Shown: in pieces, positions 16,966-26,789 of the stretch
How the letters are laid out: each line of letters starts with the position of its first letter
How positions within the stretch are numbered: position 1 is the first letter of the stretch
Assembly (NCBI GenBank): GCA_017517035.1
Contig: JAFXAN010000083.1
Location: 27,853 to 91,852 of the forward strand
Source of the DNA: Clostridia bacterium
GTDB taxonomy: Bacteria > Bacillota > Clostridia > Oscillospirales > CAG-272
Length of the DNA: 64,000 nucleotides
Direction of reading: 5' to 3'
Notes under the pieces: model-generated
The model's database searches: none
The model's input: the letters and a program-made list of their open reading frames with translations, nothing else
Told to the model about the DNA's origin: nothing
Translations under genes and position numbers: made by a program

Positions 16966-18180
16966 ATGAAATACTTGGTTCTTATTCCCGACGGAATGGC
17001 TGACACGCCCATTGATTCGCTCGGCGGCATTACCCCCATGGAAAAGGCTCATAAGCCCACAATGGACATGCTTGCTTCAAAATCATATATCGGAACAGTT
17101 TCCAATGTTCCTGCAGATATGGTTCCCGAAAGCGATACTGCGAATCTTGCGATACTTTCTTATGATCCAAAGATCTATTCTAAAGGTCGTTCACCTCTTG
17201 AGGCGGTCAGCATGGGAATCGAGATGATGCCCGACGAGACTGCATATAGATGCAATGTTGTTACACTTTCCGATGAAGGCGATTATGACAGCAAGACGAT
17301 AATCGACCATAGTGCCGATGAGATCACAACCGCAGAAGCCGATCTTCTTATCAAGGCTCTTGACGAAAAGCTTGGTAATGAAATGAGAAAATTCTATACC
17401 GGTGTCAGCTATAGGCATTGCCTTATCTGGAAAAACGGTAACGATAAATATGATTTTATGCGTCCGCATGATATTCTCGGCAAGACTATCGGTGAATATC
17501 TTCCGAGAAAGGAAGACGGCGGCGAGGAATTTTATAAGCTTATGCGTGATAGCTTTGAAATCCTCAATCACCATCCCGTAAACGAAGAAAGAAGAAGAAG
17601 AGGACTTCGTCCAGCAAACTCCGCTTGGCTCTGGAGTCCGGGAAAAAAGCCACAGCTTCCCTCCTTCAAAGATAAATGGGGGCTTGATGCTTCGGTTATT
17701 TCTGCAGTTGATCTTATCAAAGGCATAGGACTTTGTGCTAAAATGGAATCAATTGATGTTGAAGGCGTGACAGGAAATGTTCACACAAATTATGTGGGCA
17801 AGGCAAATGCTGCAATTGATGCATTTAAGCGAGGTAAAGAGCTTGTTTATGTTCATGTTGAAGGTCCTGATGAGTGCGGTCACAGAGCTGAAACCGAAAA
17901 TAAGGTGATTTCAATCGAGAAAATTTCCGAGCTTATTCTCAAGCCCGTCTATGAATATCTTAACGGCACAGGAGAAGAATTTAAGATCATGGTTCTTCCC
18001 GATCACCCAACACCTATAGCGATAAGAACTCATGCTATAGATCCCGTTCCTTTCATGATATATAATTCCGCAAAAGCTTATGACGGAGTTTCTCTTTTCT
18101 CCGAGAAAACTGCTGAGAATAAAAATAATTATATTCCTCACGGTCACGATCTTATGGGACTTCTCACAGGAGAGATTTGA
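16966..18180 (+). CDS. Cofactor-independent phosphoglycerate mutase, ApgM (archaeal) type
   Basis: MKYLVLIPDGMADTP...TPMEKAHKPTMD...HVEGPDECGH are alkaline-phosphatase-superfamily ApgM signatures. Confidence 0.8.
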   Translation: MKYLVLIPDGMADTPIDSLGGITPMEKAHKPTMDMLASKSYIGTVSNVPADMVPESDTANLAILSYDPKIYSKGRSPLEAVSMGIEMMPDETAYRCNVVTLSDEGDYDSKTIIDHSADEITTAEADLLIKALDEKLGNEMRKFYTGVSYRHCLIWKNGNDKYDFMRPHDILGKTIGEYLPRKEDGGEEFYKLMRDSFEILNHHPVNEERRRRGLRPANSAWLWSPGKKPQLPSFKDKWGLDASVISAVDLIKGIGLCAKMESIDVEGVTGNVHTNYVGKANAAIDAFKRGKELVYVHVEGPDECGHRAETENKVISIEKISELILKPVYEYLNGTGEEFKIMVLPDHPTPIAIRTHAIDPVPFMIYNSAKAYDGVSLFSEKTAENKNNYIPHGHDLMGLLTGEI

Positions 18181-18187
18181 GGTAAAA

Positions 18188-18787
18188 ATGGGAAATATGA
18201 ATACTGCAAAAAATGAAGAAAAGACAACATTTGCAAGAGAACTTTATGATATAATCGAGATCCTTGTTGTTGCTGCCTGCGTAGTTTTGACCTTGTATTC
18301 CTTCGTTTCTCGTCTATGCGTTGTTTCGGGCGGTTCTATGGATGTCACACTTGCCAATAAGCAAATGCTTATCGTTTCAAATATCAATTATACCCCCGAT
18401 ACAGGAGATATCATCGTTTTTCATCAGACCTCTAATGATTCATACGGTCTCAATGAGCCTATTGTTAAGCGAGTTATTGCCACAGAGGGAGAGACGATTG
18501 ATATTGATTTTGACACATGGACGGTCACAATTACCGATAAAAACGGCAATACAAGCGTTCTTGACGAATCGGAATATCTTTACCTCAAGGAAGGCTACAC
18601 GCTTTTGAAATCGGATTTTGAGTATCCTATGACAGTTCCCGAAGGTCATCTTTTCGTGATGGGAGATAACAGAAATCACTCAACAGACAGCCGCTCCGGT
18701 TGGATCGGCTTTGTTGATGAAAGAAGAGTTATCGGCAAAGCACTTCTGAGACTTACTCCTTTCTCAAAATTCGGTCCGATTGAATAA
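18188..18787 (+). CDS. lepB: Signal peptidase I
   Basis: SGGSMDVTL (catalytic Ser box), KRVIATEGE, GDNRNHSTDSR. The real start is ATG 18188; the ORF-track 5' extension overlaps the previous gene. Confidence 0.9.
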   Translation: MGNMNTAKNEEKTTFARELYDIIEILVVAACVVLTLYSFVSRLCVVSGGSMDVTLANKQMLIVSNINYTPDTGDIIVFHQTSNDSYGLNEPIVKRVIATEGETIDIDFDTWTVTITDKNGNTSVLDESEYLYLKEGYTLLKSDFEYPMTVPEGHLFVMGDNRNHSTDSRSGWIGFVDERRVIGKALLRLTPFSKFGPIE

Positions 18788-18807
18788 ATTTAATAAAGGA
18801 AACAGTT

Positions 18808-19677
18808 ATGCCAACAGAAATAATTCAATGGTTCCCGGGGCATATGGCGAAAACACGCCGTATGATAACCGAGCACCTAAAACAAGTTGACGTAGTAATA
18901 GAAATTCTCGATGCAAGAATACCTTATAGCTCGCATAATCCGGAAATTATGAAGATCATCGAGCAGAAGCCTATGATAACCTTGCTAAATAAGGCTTCTC
19001 TTGCCGATCCGGACAAAACCGCAAGATTTGTAAAAAAATATACAGCCGGAAACAGAGTTTGTCTCGCAACAGACTGTATTACAGGCGAGGGCATGAACAA
19101 GATCGCTCCTGTCATAAAAGAAGTTCTCAGCGAAAAACTCAAACGCTATGAGGAAAAAGGCATGAGCGGCAGAAAGCTTCGTGCTATGGTGGTCGGGATC
19201 CCAAATGTGGGAAAATCTTCGCTTATCAATAAAATCAGCGGTAATAAAAAAGCCAAGGTTGAGAATCGCCCCGGCGTCACGGTTGATAAGCAATGGGTTT
19301 CAACAACTATCGGTATTGACCTGCTTGATATGCCCGGCGTTCTTTGGCCTAAATTTGACGACAGAGCAGTTGGAGAAAATCTTGCAATTACAGGCGCAAT
19401 AAAAGATTCGGTTCTCGAAATCGAAGCAATTGCGCTTGCTCTCGTCTCCAGAATGCGAAATATGTACCCTGCTCTCCTTTGTGAGAGGTATAAACTTGGT
19501 GAGATATCCCAATACGATGAAACCGATGATTATGAGCTATTCAGAATTATTGGTAAAAAAAGAGGCTTTCTGATCTCGGGTGGCGAGATCAATGAAGAAA
19601 GAACCGCAAATATGCTTCTTGATGAATTCAGAGCCGGCAAGCTTGGCAGGATCACCATCGAGAAGGTTAATGAATGA
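18808..19677 (+). CDS. rbgA: Ribosome biogenesis GTPase A (YlqF/RbgA)
   Basis: QWFPGHMAKTRR, circularly permuted GTPase motifs (LNKASL ... GIPNVGKSSLINK). Confidence 0.9.
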   Translation: MPTEIIQWFPGHMAKTRRMITEHLKQVDVVIEILDARIPYSSHNPEIMKIIEQKPMITLLNKASLADPDKTARFVKKYTAGNRVCLATDCITGEGMNKIAPVIKEVLSEKLKRYEEKGMSGRKLRAMVVGIPNVGKSSLINKISGNKKAKVENRPGVTVDKQWVSTTIGIDLLDMPGVLWPKFDDRAVGENLAITGAIKDSVLEIEAIALALVSRMRNMYPALLCERYKLGEISQYDETDDYELFRIIGKKRGFLISGGEINEERTANMLLDEFRAGKLGRITIEKVNE

Positions 19678-19686
19678 GGTAGCAAA

Positions 19687-20298
19687 ATGCCGGATTATTC
19701 ACTTGAAAACAAATATTCGGAAATGGGATATAAGGTCATATGCGGGGTCGATGAAGCGGGCAGAGGTCCTCTCTGCGGTCCTGTTTATGCCGCAGCTTGC
19801 GTACTTCCGGAAGGGCTGTTTATCGAAGGTCTTAATGATTCGAAAAAGCTTACCGAGAAAAAACGAGAGGCTCTTTTTGATGTGATAAGAGAAAATGCAA
19901 TAGCTTACTGTATCGCATCTGCCTCGGTTGAGGAGATCGACGAGCTGAATATCCTTGAGGCAGATCTTCTTGCAATGCGCCGTGCTATCGAAGGGCTTTC
20001 GGTAAAAGCAGATTTTGCTCTTATCGACGGAAATATAAACCGAGGATTTTCGATTGACAGCGCTGCCATAATAAAAGGTGATGCAACCTCCATGAGCATT
20101 GCCGCTGCCTCGATACTCGCAAAGGTTGCAAGAGACAGAATATGCGCTGAGCTTGATGCCGAATATCCTGAATATAAAATCGCAAAGCACAAGGGATATG
20201 GAACAAAAGAGCACAAAGAAGCATTATTTAAATATGGGCCATCCCCGATACACAGAAAACAATTTATAAGATTCCTCGACAAAAAAGATGAAGAGTAA
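19687..20298 (+). CDS. rnhB: Ribonuclease HII
   Basis: GVDEAGRGPLCGPVYAAA, DSKKLT, HKGYGT. Confidence 0.9.
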   Translation: MPDYSLENKYSEMGYKVICGVDEAGRGPLCGPVYAAACVLPEGLFIEGLNDSKKLTEKKREALFDVIRENAIAYCIASASVEEIDELNILEADLLAMRRAIEGLSVKADFALIDGNINRGFSIDSAAIIKGDATSMSIAAASILAKVARDRICAELDAEYPEYKIAKHKGYGTKEHKEALFKYGPSPIHRKQFIRFLDKKDEE

Positions 20299-20680
20299 CG
20301 AAAATGGGCGTCTGGGTGAGTCGATCGCCGCTGAATTTTATGAGGTTAACGGATATACCGTTATCGAAAAAAATTATAGATCGGGTCATAATGAGATAGA
20401 TATTATCGCAAGAAAATCGAATCATATTGTTTTCGCTGAGGTGAAAACCAGAACAAAGTCCCCTTCTCTTGAAAAATTTGGCAGCGCCAAAAGCGCTGTT
20501 GACAGATATAAGCAAAAGCATCTCCTTGATGCGGCTCTTGAATATATGTATAACACGAAAAGCGCCGCAGGGTTGCGCCCGAGAATGGATGTTGTTGAGG
20601 TGTATCTTACAAAAGAAGGAAGACTTTTGAAGCTGAACTATATCAGAAACGCTTTTGGAATAAGAAGCGATAACAGATAA
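20288..20680 (+). CDS. yraN: YraN-family endonuclease-like protein (UPF0102)
   Basis: GRLGESIAAEFYEVNGYTVIEKNYR...EIDIIA...VFAEVKTR. Overlaps rnhB by 11 nt. Confidence 0.8.
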   Translation: MKSNENGRLGESIAAEFYEVNGYTVIEKNYRSGHNEIDIIARKSNHIVFAEVKTRTKSPSLEKFGSAKSAVDRYKQKHLLDAALEYMYNTKSAAGLRPRMDVVEVYLTKEGRLLKLNYIRNAFGIRSDNR

Positions 20681-20712
20681 GAAAAATTATTTCAATACGA
20701 AAGGCTGAAAAA

Positions 20713-22194
20713 ATGAAATATCAGAGCACAAGAGATAATCAGAAAAACAAAATCGAATCCGCAGAGGCAATAAAGCAAGGTCTGGCGAATGACGGAGGTC
20801 TTTTCGTTCCTGATGAGATCCCTTCCCTCTCCACCGATGATATTAAAGCACTTTGTCCTCTCTCTTATCCCGAAAGAGCAGCGAATGTTCTTTCAAGATA
20901 TCTGACCGATTATACATATGAAGAATTGCTCGCTGACTGCAAGGCTGCATATAGCGAAAAATCATTCGTCGGAGGTGCCGCTCCCGTAAAAAATATACAT
21001 GACAATATCTATTCTCTCGAGCTTTGGCACGGTCCTACGGCCGCATTTAAAGATATGGCGCTTCAGATCATGCCCAGACTTCTTTCAAGAGCACTGGTGA
21101 AAACAGGCGAGGAAAGAACAGCACTTATTCTCGTTGCAACCTCAGGTGATACAGGAAAAGCAGCTCTTGAGGGATATAAGGATATCGACAGAGTTAAGAT
21201 TATGGTGTTCTATCCAACAGGCGGTGTCAGCCGTGTTCAGAAGCTTCAGATGGCGACACAGGAAGGCTCAAATGTGAATGTTTGCGCTATCAGAGGTAAT
21301 TTTGACGATGCACAGAGCAATGTTAAGAAGATCTTTGCTGATTCCGATATGGCGAAAGCTCTTGATGAGAACGGCTATTTCTTCTCCAGTGCCAACTCTA
21401 TCAACTGGGGCAGACTTGTTCCTCAGATAGTCTATTATATCTCTGCATATTGTGATCTTGTAAATGACGGCAAGATAAGGCTTGGTGACGAGATCAACTT
21501 CTGTGTTCCCACGGGCAATTTCGGTAATATTTTTGCCGCATATCTTGCAAAGCTTATGGGTCTTCCCATTGCACGCCTTATCTGCGCATCAAATATGAAC
21601 AATGTTCTTACAGATTTTCTTGAGAACGGTACTTATGACAGAAACCGCGCATTCCATCTTACAATGTCTCCTTCAATGGATATTCTTATTTCAAGCAATC
21701 TGGAAAGACTTCTCTATTTCTGCGCAGGCGCAGACGAAACCGCTTCTTATATGAAGAGCCTTGCGGAAAGCGGAAAATATACAGTTTCCGCTGATGTAAA
21801 AACCAAGATAGATGAGCTTTTCTCCGGTTATTATGCTGATGAAAATGAAACAGCAAAGACAATTAAGGAAACTTTTGAAAAATACGGTTATCTTTGCGAT
21901 ACTCATACCGCTGTCGGTGTTTCCGCTGCCGAAAGGTACTGTTCCGATAACAATGACACGAGAGTAACTGTTGTGGATTCTACAGCAAGTCCTTATAAAT
22001 TTGCTGCAGATGTATATACAGCACTTGGAAAAGATGCTCCTGCCGATCAGCTTGATGCTCTCGATGCACTCAGCGCATATACAGACACCGAAATTGCTTA
22101 TCCTCTCAGAGGACTTGGCGAAAGAAAGGTTGTTTTTGATAAGGTTATTGATGCGGATGAAATGCCCGCAGAGGTTCTTAAATTTGCAAAATAA
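20713..22194 (+). CDS. thrC: Threonine synthase (long form)
   Basis: YSLELWHGPTAAFKDMALQ (PLP-lysine motif), ATSGDTGKAA. Confidence 0.9.
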   Translation: MKYQSTRDNQKNKIESAEAIKQGLANDGGLFVPDEIPSLSTDDIKALCPLSYPERAANVLSRYLTDYTYEELLADCKAAYSEKSFVGGAAPVKNIHDNIYSLELWHGPTAAFKDMALQIMPRLLSRALVKTGEERTALILVATSGDTGKAALEGYKDIDRVKIMVFYPTGGVSRVQKLQMATQEGSNVNVCAIRGNFDDAQSNVKKIFADSDMAKALDENGYFFSSANSINWGRLVPQIVYYISAYCDLVNDGKIRLGDEINFCVPTGNFGNIFAAYLAKLMGLPIARLICASNMNNVLTDFLENGTYDRNRAFHLTMSPSMDILISSNLERLLYFCAGADETASYMKSLAESGKYTVSADVKTKIDELFSGYYADENETAKTIKETFEKYGYLCDTHTAVGVSAAERYCSDNNDTRVTVVDSTASPYKFAADVYTALGKDAPADQLDALDALSAYTDTEIAYPLRGLGERKVVFDKVIDADEMPAEVLKFAK

Positions 22195-22198
22195 TTAA

Positions 22199-22220
22199 GC
22201 AGGGCGATATTTCGCCCTGC
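22199..22220. terminator. GC-rich hairpin between convergent genes
   Basis: GCAGGGCGA-TATT-TCGCCCTGC. There is no strong U-run on either side. Confidence 0.5.
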
Positions 22221-22236
22221 CCTCTGATAATATTAA

Positions 22237-22422
22237 TTAGTCTTTCTTTTTGAATGTTGCGCAAACTGTGTCTGTAGAGGATGTTGCATAGGAAGGTCCA
22301 ACAGCGATCTTGTCAGCTGTGCAATAGCATCCTTCTGCATTGTAATAGCAGTTGCAAACATCGCAGTTGATTCCGCTGAGGTGCTTGCAATTGCCGCTTG
22401 TGCAGGTTTTCTTATCTTCCAT
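22237..22422 (-). CDS. DUF1540-domain small Cys-rich protein
   Basis: 61 aa. CKHLSGINCDVCNCYYNAEGCYCTADKIAVG...TVCATF matches the DUF1540 pattern. AAGGAG RBS. Confidence 0.75.
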   Translation of the reverse strand: MEDKKTCTSGNCKHLSGINCDVCNCYYNAEGCYCTADKIAVGPSYATSSTDTVCATFKKKD

Positions 22423-22527
22423 CTTTTTTCTCCTTACACCGCATTGCGGTAAATAGAATAGCTCCTTGAGCCGATTATATTTTTGACCGCATAGTAAGAT
22501 TTTATACGAAAGAGTGGTGATTTTGCT

Positions 22528-23265
22528 TTGTCATTATTTGTAATTGCCGATCTCCATTTGTCTCTGTCGGAAAAAACCAATAAGCCGATGGAGGTTTTTG
22601 GTCAGAATTGGGCAAATCACGCAGAGAGAATCAAGAAATATTGGAGCGCAGTTGTATGCGCAGAGGATACTGTTATGATTCCCGGCGATATTTCCTGGGC
22701 AATGAAGCTTGAAGAAGCATATGATGATCTCAGGTTTATAGATTCTTTGCCCGGAACAAAGATAATAAGCAAAGGAAATCACGATTTTTGGTGGTCGACC
22801 GTCGGAAAGATTGAAACTTTTTTTAAGGATAAAGGAATAACATCCATCAAGATGCTTCATAACAACGCATTCAGACTTGAGGATTGCATAGTTTGCGGCA
22901 CACGAGGATGGTTCTATGATGAAAAAGAACAAAAGACTGTCAGTGAAACGGATTTTGATAAAATTGTCAATAGAGAAACTATGCGACTTGAAATGAGTCT
23001 TAAATCGGCAAAAGAACTACAGGCTGGTGATGAAAATATTCCGATTTTGGTGTTCTTTCACTTCCCTCCTGTTTGGAACGGTTATGAATGCAGACCGATC
23101 ATTGATATGTTGCATAAGTATAATATTAACCGTTGCTATTTCGGACATATACACGGATCATATTTTGTTCAGAAAACAACAGTGTTTGAAGGAATTTCAA
23201 TGTCACTCACATCCGCAGATTTTCTGAAATTCGCTCCAATGCCAATATTTTTTGACGATTATTGA
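22528..23265 (+). CDS. Metallophosphoesterase (calcineurin-like)
   Basis: FVIADLHLS, IPGDISW, KGNHDFWW, FGHIHG. TTG start at 22528. Confidence 0.8.
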   Translation: MSLFVIADLHLSLSEKTNKPMEVFGQNWANHAERIKKYWSAVVCAEDTVMIPGDISWAMKLEEAYDDLRFIDSLPGTKIISKGNHDFWWSTVGKIETFFKDKGITSIKMLHNNAFRLEDCIVCGTRGWFYDEKEQKTVSETDFDKIVNRETMRLEMSLKSAKELQAGDENIPILVFFHFPPVWNGYECRPIIDMLHKYNINRCYFGHIHGSYFVQKTTVFEGISMSLTSADFLKFAPMPIFFDDY

Positions 23266-23295
23266 AAAAATATTGAAGAAAATACGCGGAAACAC

Positions 23296-23324
23296 TTGAC
23301 TTTTTGGCATAAAAAGGATAAAAT
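23296..23324 (+). promoter_or_regulatory. Sigma-A-type promoter of tig(-clpP-clpX)
   Basis: TTGACT (23296-23301), 17 nt, TAAAAT (23319-23324). It shares an 18-nt core, CTTGACTTTTTGGCATAA, with the promoter at 55152. Confidence 0.65.
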
Positions 23325-23370
23325 ATATAGGATATAAAAAATTTTCATTTATTTCTTTTGGAGGACAAAA

Positions 23371-24831
23371 ATGAGTTTAACAAAAAAGGAACTGATCGAG
23401 AAAAATAAGTATGAAATTGAGTTCTCGATCGACAAAAAGACCTTCGACGATGCTGTTATGAAGGTTTATCGCAAGAGCGTTAAGAATATCAACGTTCCCG
23501 GCTTCCGTAAAGGTAAGGCACCCAAGTCCGTTATCGAGAAGATGTACGGCACAGGTGTTTTCTATGAGGATGCTATCAATGATCTCCTTCCCGAGGCTTA
23601 TGATGCAGCGGCTAAGGAATCCGAGCTTGAGATCGTTGGAAATCCCGAGTTCGATATCGTTTCCATTGATGAAGGCGGTCTCGTTATGAAGGCTGTTGTT
23701 TATGTAAAGCCCGATGTTGAGATCAAGGATTATTTCGGAATTGAAGTTTCAAAGACAGTTATCCCCGTTACAGACGAGGAGGTTGATCGTGAGATCAAAA
23801 CTGTTCAGGAAAGAAACGCAAGAGAGACTGAGGTTACAGACCGTGCTGCTGAAATGGGCGATACAACTGTCATCGACTTTGACGGTTATGTTGACGATAA
23901 ACAGTTTGACGGCGGTAAGGCTGAGGGGCACAAGCTCAAGCTTGGCTCGGGTCAGTTTATTCCCGGCTTTGAGGAACAGATCGTTGGTAAGAATGTTGGC
24001 GACAGCTTCGATGTAAATGTTAAGTTCCCTGCTGATTATCATGCTTCTGAACTTGCAGATAAGGATGCTGTTTTCAAGTGCGTTCTTCATAAGATCGAAA
24101 AAGAGGAGCTTCCCGAGCTTGACGATGAATTTGCAAAGGATGTTTCCGAATTTGATACATTTGCTGAATATAAGGCTGATGTCAAGGCAAAAATCGAAGA
24201 GAGACATGCAAGAACTGCTGATGCAGAGATCGAAGAGCAGATCATCGCAGCTCTTATCGCAAAGCTTGAGGCTGATATTCCCGAGTGTATGTTCGTAGCA
24301 GAAACAGAAAACTTTGTTCGTGATTACGATTCCAGACTCAGAATGCAGGGCCTTGATCTTAACACATACTTCAAGTATACAGGTCTTACACTTGATGCTC
24401 TCCGTGAGCAGATGCGTCCCCAGGCTGAAAAGCAGGTTAAGACACGCCTCGCTCTTGAGAAGATCGCAGAGCTTGAGGGTATCGTAGCTTCCGATGCTGA
24501 TATAAACGAAGAATATGAAAGCATCGCAAAGGCTTATAATGTTCCTGTGGAAGAGGCTAAGAACAGCATTCCTGAGGATATGATCGCAGCTGATATGAAG
24601 GTTAAGAAGGCTGTTGAGCTTGTTAAGGAAAAGGCTGTTGTAACCGAAAAGGCTCCCGAGGAGCCCAAGCCTGCAAAGAAACCTGCAGCAAAGAAGACAA
24701 CAACAAAGAAGACAACTGCAAAGGCTGATGATGCAAAAGCTGAAGAAAAGCCTGCAGAAGAGGCAGAAAAGCCCAAGAGAACAAGAAAGCCCGCAGCAAA
24801 GAAGGCAGAAGAGCCCAAGGCTGAGGAATAA
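23371..24831 (+). CDS. tig: Trigger factor with a 59-aa Lys/Ala/Glu/Pro-rich C-terminal tail
   Basis: The N-terminus has GFRKGKAP (ribosome-binding loop), followed by an FKBP domain and a C-terminal arm. The tail APEEPKPAKKPAAKKTTTKK...KAEEPKAEE is extra. Confidence 0.9.
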   Translation: MSLTKKELIEKNKYEIEFSIDKKTFDDAVMKVYRKSVKNINVPGFRKGKAPKSVIEKMYGTGVFYEDAINDLLPEAYDAAAKESELEIVGNPEFDIVSIDEGGLVMKAVVYVKPDVEIKDYFGIEVSKTVIPVTDEEVDREIKTVQERNARETEVTDRAAEMGDTTVIDFDGYVDDKQFDGGKAEGHKLKLGSGQFIPGFEEQIVGKNVGDSFDVNVKFPADYHASELADKDAVFKCVLHKIEKEELPELDDEFAKDVSEFDTFAEYKADVKAKIEERHARTADAEIEEQIIAALIAKLEADIPECMFVAETENFVRDYDSRLRMQGLDLNTYFKYTGLTLDALREQMRPQAEKQVKTRLALEKIAELEGIVASDADINEEYESIAKAYNVPVEEAKNSIPEDMIAADMKVKKAVELVKEKAVVTEKAPEEPKPAKKPAAKKTTTKKTTAKADDAKAEEKPAEEAEKPKRTRKPAAKKAEEPKAEE

Positions 24832-24851
24832 TATAATTAAACTTTGAGAAT

Positions 24852-24874
24852 TGCCGCTTCCGAGCGGCAGTTTT
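24852..24874 (+). terminator. Hairpin plus short U-run after tig
   Basis: TGCCGCT-TCCG-AGCGGCA followed by GTTTTC. Confidence 0.5.
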
Positions 24875-24909
24875 CATCAGAAATACTTTTTATTTTGGAG
24901 GATAATATT

Positions 24910-25494
24910 ATGGCACTTGTACCAACAGTAATTGAACAGACCAACCGCGGTGAGAGAGCTTATGATATCTATTCAAGGCTTCTTAATGACAGAATCGTTT
25001 TTCTTGCAGACGAGGTAAATGACACAACCGCTTCCCTTGTGGTTGCACAGCTTCTTTTCCTCGAAGCTCAGGATCCCGATAAGGATATCTCCCTTTATAT
25101 AAACAGTCCCGGCGGATCTGTTTCCGCAGGTCTTGCTATCTATGATACAATGAACTTTATCAAATGTGATGTTTCAACCATCTGCATTGGTATGGCGGCA
25201 AGCATGGGTGCATTCCTTCTCTCTTCCGGTGCAAAGGGTAAGAGATTTGCTCTTCCCAACAGCGAAATTATGATCCATCAGCCTCTCGGAGGAACAAGAG
25301 GTCAGGCAACAGATATCAAAATTCATGCAGATCATATTTTGCGCACACGCGACAGACTCAACAAGATCCTCGCTGATAATACCGGCAAAGCTCTTGAGAT
25401 CATCGAGAGAGATACAGAGAGAGATAATTTTATGACAGCAGATCAGGCGCTCGAATACGGTCTTATTGATAAAGTGTTCACAAAGCGTGCCTAA
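24910..25494 (+). CDS. clpP: ATP-dependent Clp protease proteolytic subunit
   Basis: [29 protein letters not shown] (Ser), IMIHQPLGG (His). ATG 24910 after GGAGG; the ORF-track 5' extension is rejected. Confidence 0.95.
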   Translation: MALVPTVIEQTNRGERAYDIYSRLLNDRIVFLADEVNDTTASLVVAQLLFLEAQDPDKDISLYINSPGGSVSAGLAIYDTMNFIKCDVSTICIGMAASMGAFLLSSGAKGKRFALPNSEIMIHQPLGGTRGQATDIKIHADHILRTRDRLNKILADNTGKALEIIERDTERDNFMTADQALEYGLIDKVFTKRA

Positions 25495-25516
25495 TTCATT
25501 GAAAGGTTTTTAACTG

Positions 25517-26788
25517 ATGGCAACTAAAAACAATCAACCTACAAGATATTGCTCCTTTTGCGGAAGGGGCGAAACACAGGTTAATTTTCTTATTCCTTCC
25601 CCCGATGGAGTTTATATCTGCGATTACTGTGTTGATGCTTGCCAGGAGCTGATAAGCACGAATTCCGGACCCGCTGTTGATTTTGACAGCCTTGCTCCGG
25701 GAGCCCTTCCCCGCCCCAGAGAGATAAAAGAATCACTTGATAAATATGTTATCGGTCAGGATGAGGCAAAGAAAGCACTTTCAGTTGCGGTTTATAACCA
25801 CTATAAGCGCATAATGAACCGTGAGGAGAATTTTAAAAAATCCAAAGGTGAAGAAAACGAAGATATTATTGAGCTTCAGAAAAGCAATGTTCTTCTTATA
25901 GGCCCCACCGGTGTCGGAAAGACCTATCTTGCGCAGACCCTCGCAAAAACTCTCAAGGTGCCTTTTGCCATTGCAGATGCAACAACACTCACAGAGGCAG
26001 GTTATGTTGGTGAGGATGTTGAAAACATCCTCCTCAGGCTCATTCAGGCGGCTGATTTCGATATTGAGCTTGCCGAAAGAGGCATAATTTATATTGATGA
26101 AATTGATAAGATATCAAGAAAAAGCGAAAATCGCTCCATAACAAGAGATGTTTCCGGAGAGGGCGTTCAGCAAGCGCTTCTCAAGATTCTCGAGGGTACG
26201 GTTGCAAATGTTCCGCCTCAAGGTGGAAGAAAGCATCCGAATCAGGATTTTATTCAGATAAATACTGAGAATATCCTCTTCATATGCGGTGGCGCATTTG
26301 ATGGTCTTTCGCAGATCATCGAAAAGCGCAAGGGCAATCAGTCCATCGGCTTCTCGGGCGAGATACTCAAAAAGGCCGAAAAGAAGGAAAACGGTATTTA
26401 TAAGGATGTGAATCCTCACGACATCGTGAAATACGGCCTTATTCCCGAGCTTGTGGGAAGAATTCCTGTTATAGTTCCGCTTTCAGATCTTGATAAGGAC
26501 GCTCTTGTTAGAATTATCAGTGAACCGAAAAATTCACTTGTAAAGCAATATATCAAGCTCTTTGATATGGATGGTGTCAAGCTTGAATTTGAGGACGAAG
26601 CACTTGAAGCGGTTGCAGCAAAGGCTCTTGAAAGAAATACAGGCGCAAGAGGCCTTCGTTCGATTATGGAAGAGATCATGGTCGATCTTATGTATGATAT
26701 TCCCTCGGAAGAGAATTTAAAGAAAGTTATTATTACAGCCAATTGCGTAAACAATAAGGAAAAACCGAGAAAGGTTTATAAAAAGTAA
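25517..26788 (+). CDS. clpX: ATP-dependent Clp protease ATP-binding subunit ClpX
   Basis: Zinc ribbon CSFCGR...CDYCVDAC, Walker [18 protein letters not shown]. Confidence 0.95.
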   Translation: MATKNNQPTRYCSFCGRGETQVNFLIPSPDGVYICDYCVDACQELISTNSGPAVDFDSLAPGALPRPREIKESLDKYVIGQDEAKKALSVAVYNHYKRIMNREENFKKSKGEENEDIIELQKSNVLLIGPTGVGKTYLAQTLAKTLKVPFAIADATTLTEAGYVGEDVENILLRLIQAADFDIELAERGIIYIDEIDKISRKSENRSITRDVSGEGVQQALLKILEGTVANVPPQGGRKHPNQDFIQINTENILFICGGAFDGLSQIIEKRKGNQSIGFSGEILKKAEKKENGIYKDVNPHDIVKYGLIPELVGRIPVIVPLSDLDKDALVRIISEPKNSLVKQYIKLFDMDGVKLEFEDEALEAVAAKALERNTGARGLRSIMEEIMVDLMYDIPSEENLKKVIITANCVNNKEKPRKVYKK

Positions 26789-26789
26789 T

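Noticed and set aside
23301-23316. TTGGCAT in the shared promoter core as a sigma-54 -24 element or a CtsR box
   Set aside because: No GC -12 element (TTGCA/T) occurs at the required 5-nt spacing for sigma-54. The match to the CtsR tandem heptad (GGTCAAA-NAN-GGTCAAA) is only 5/7 in one half and poor in the other.
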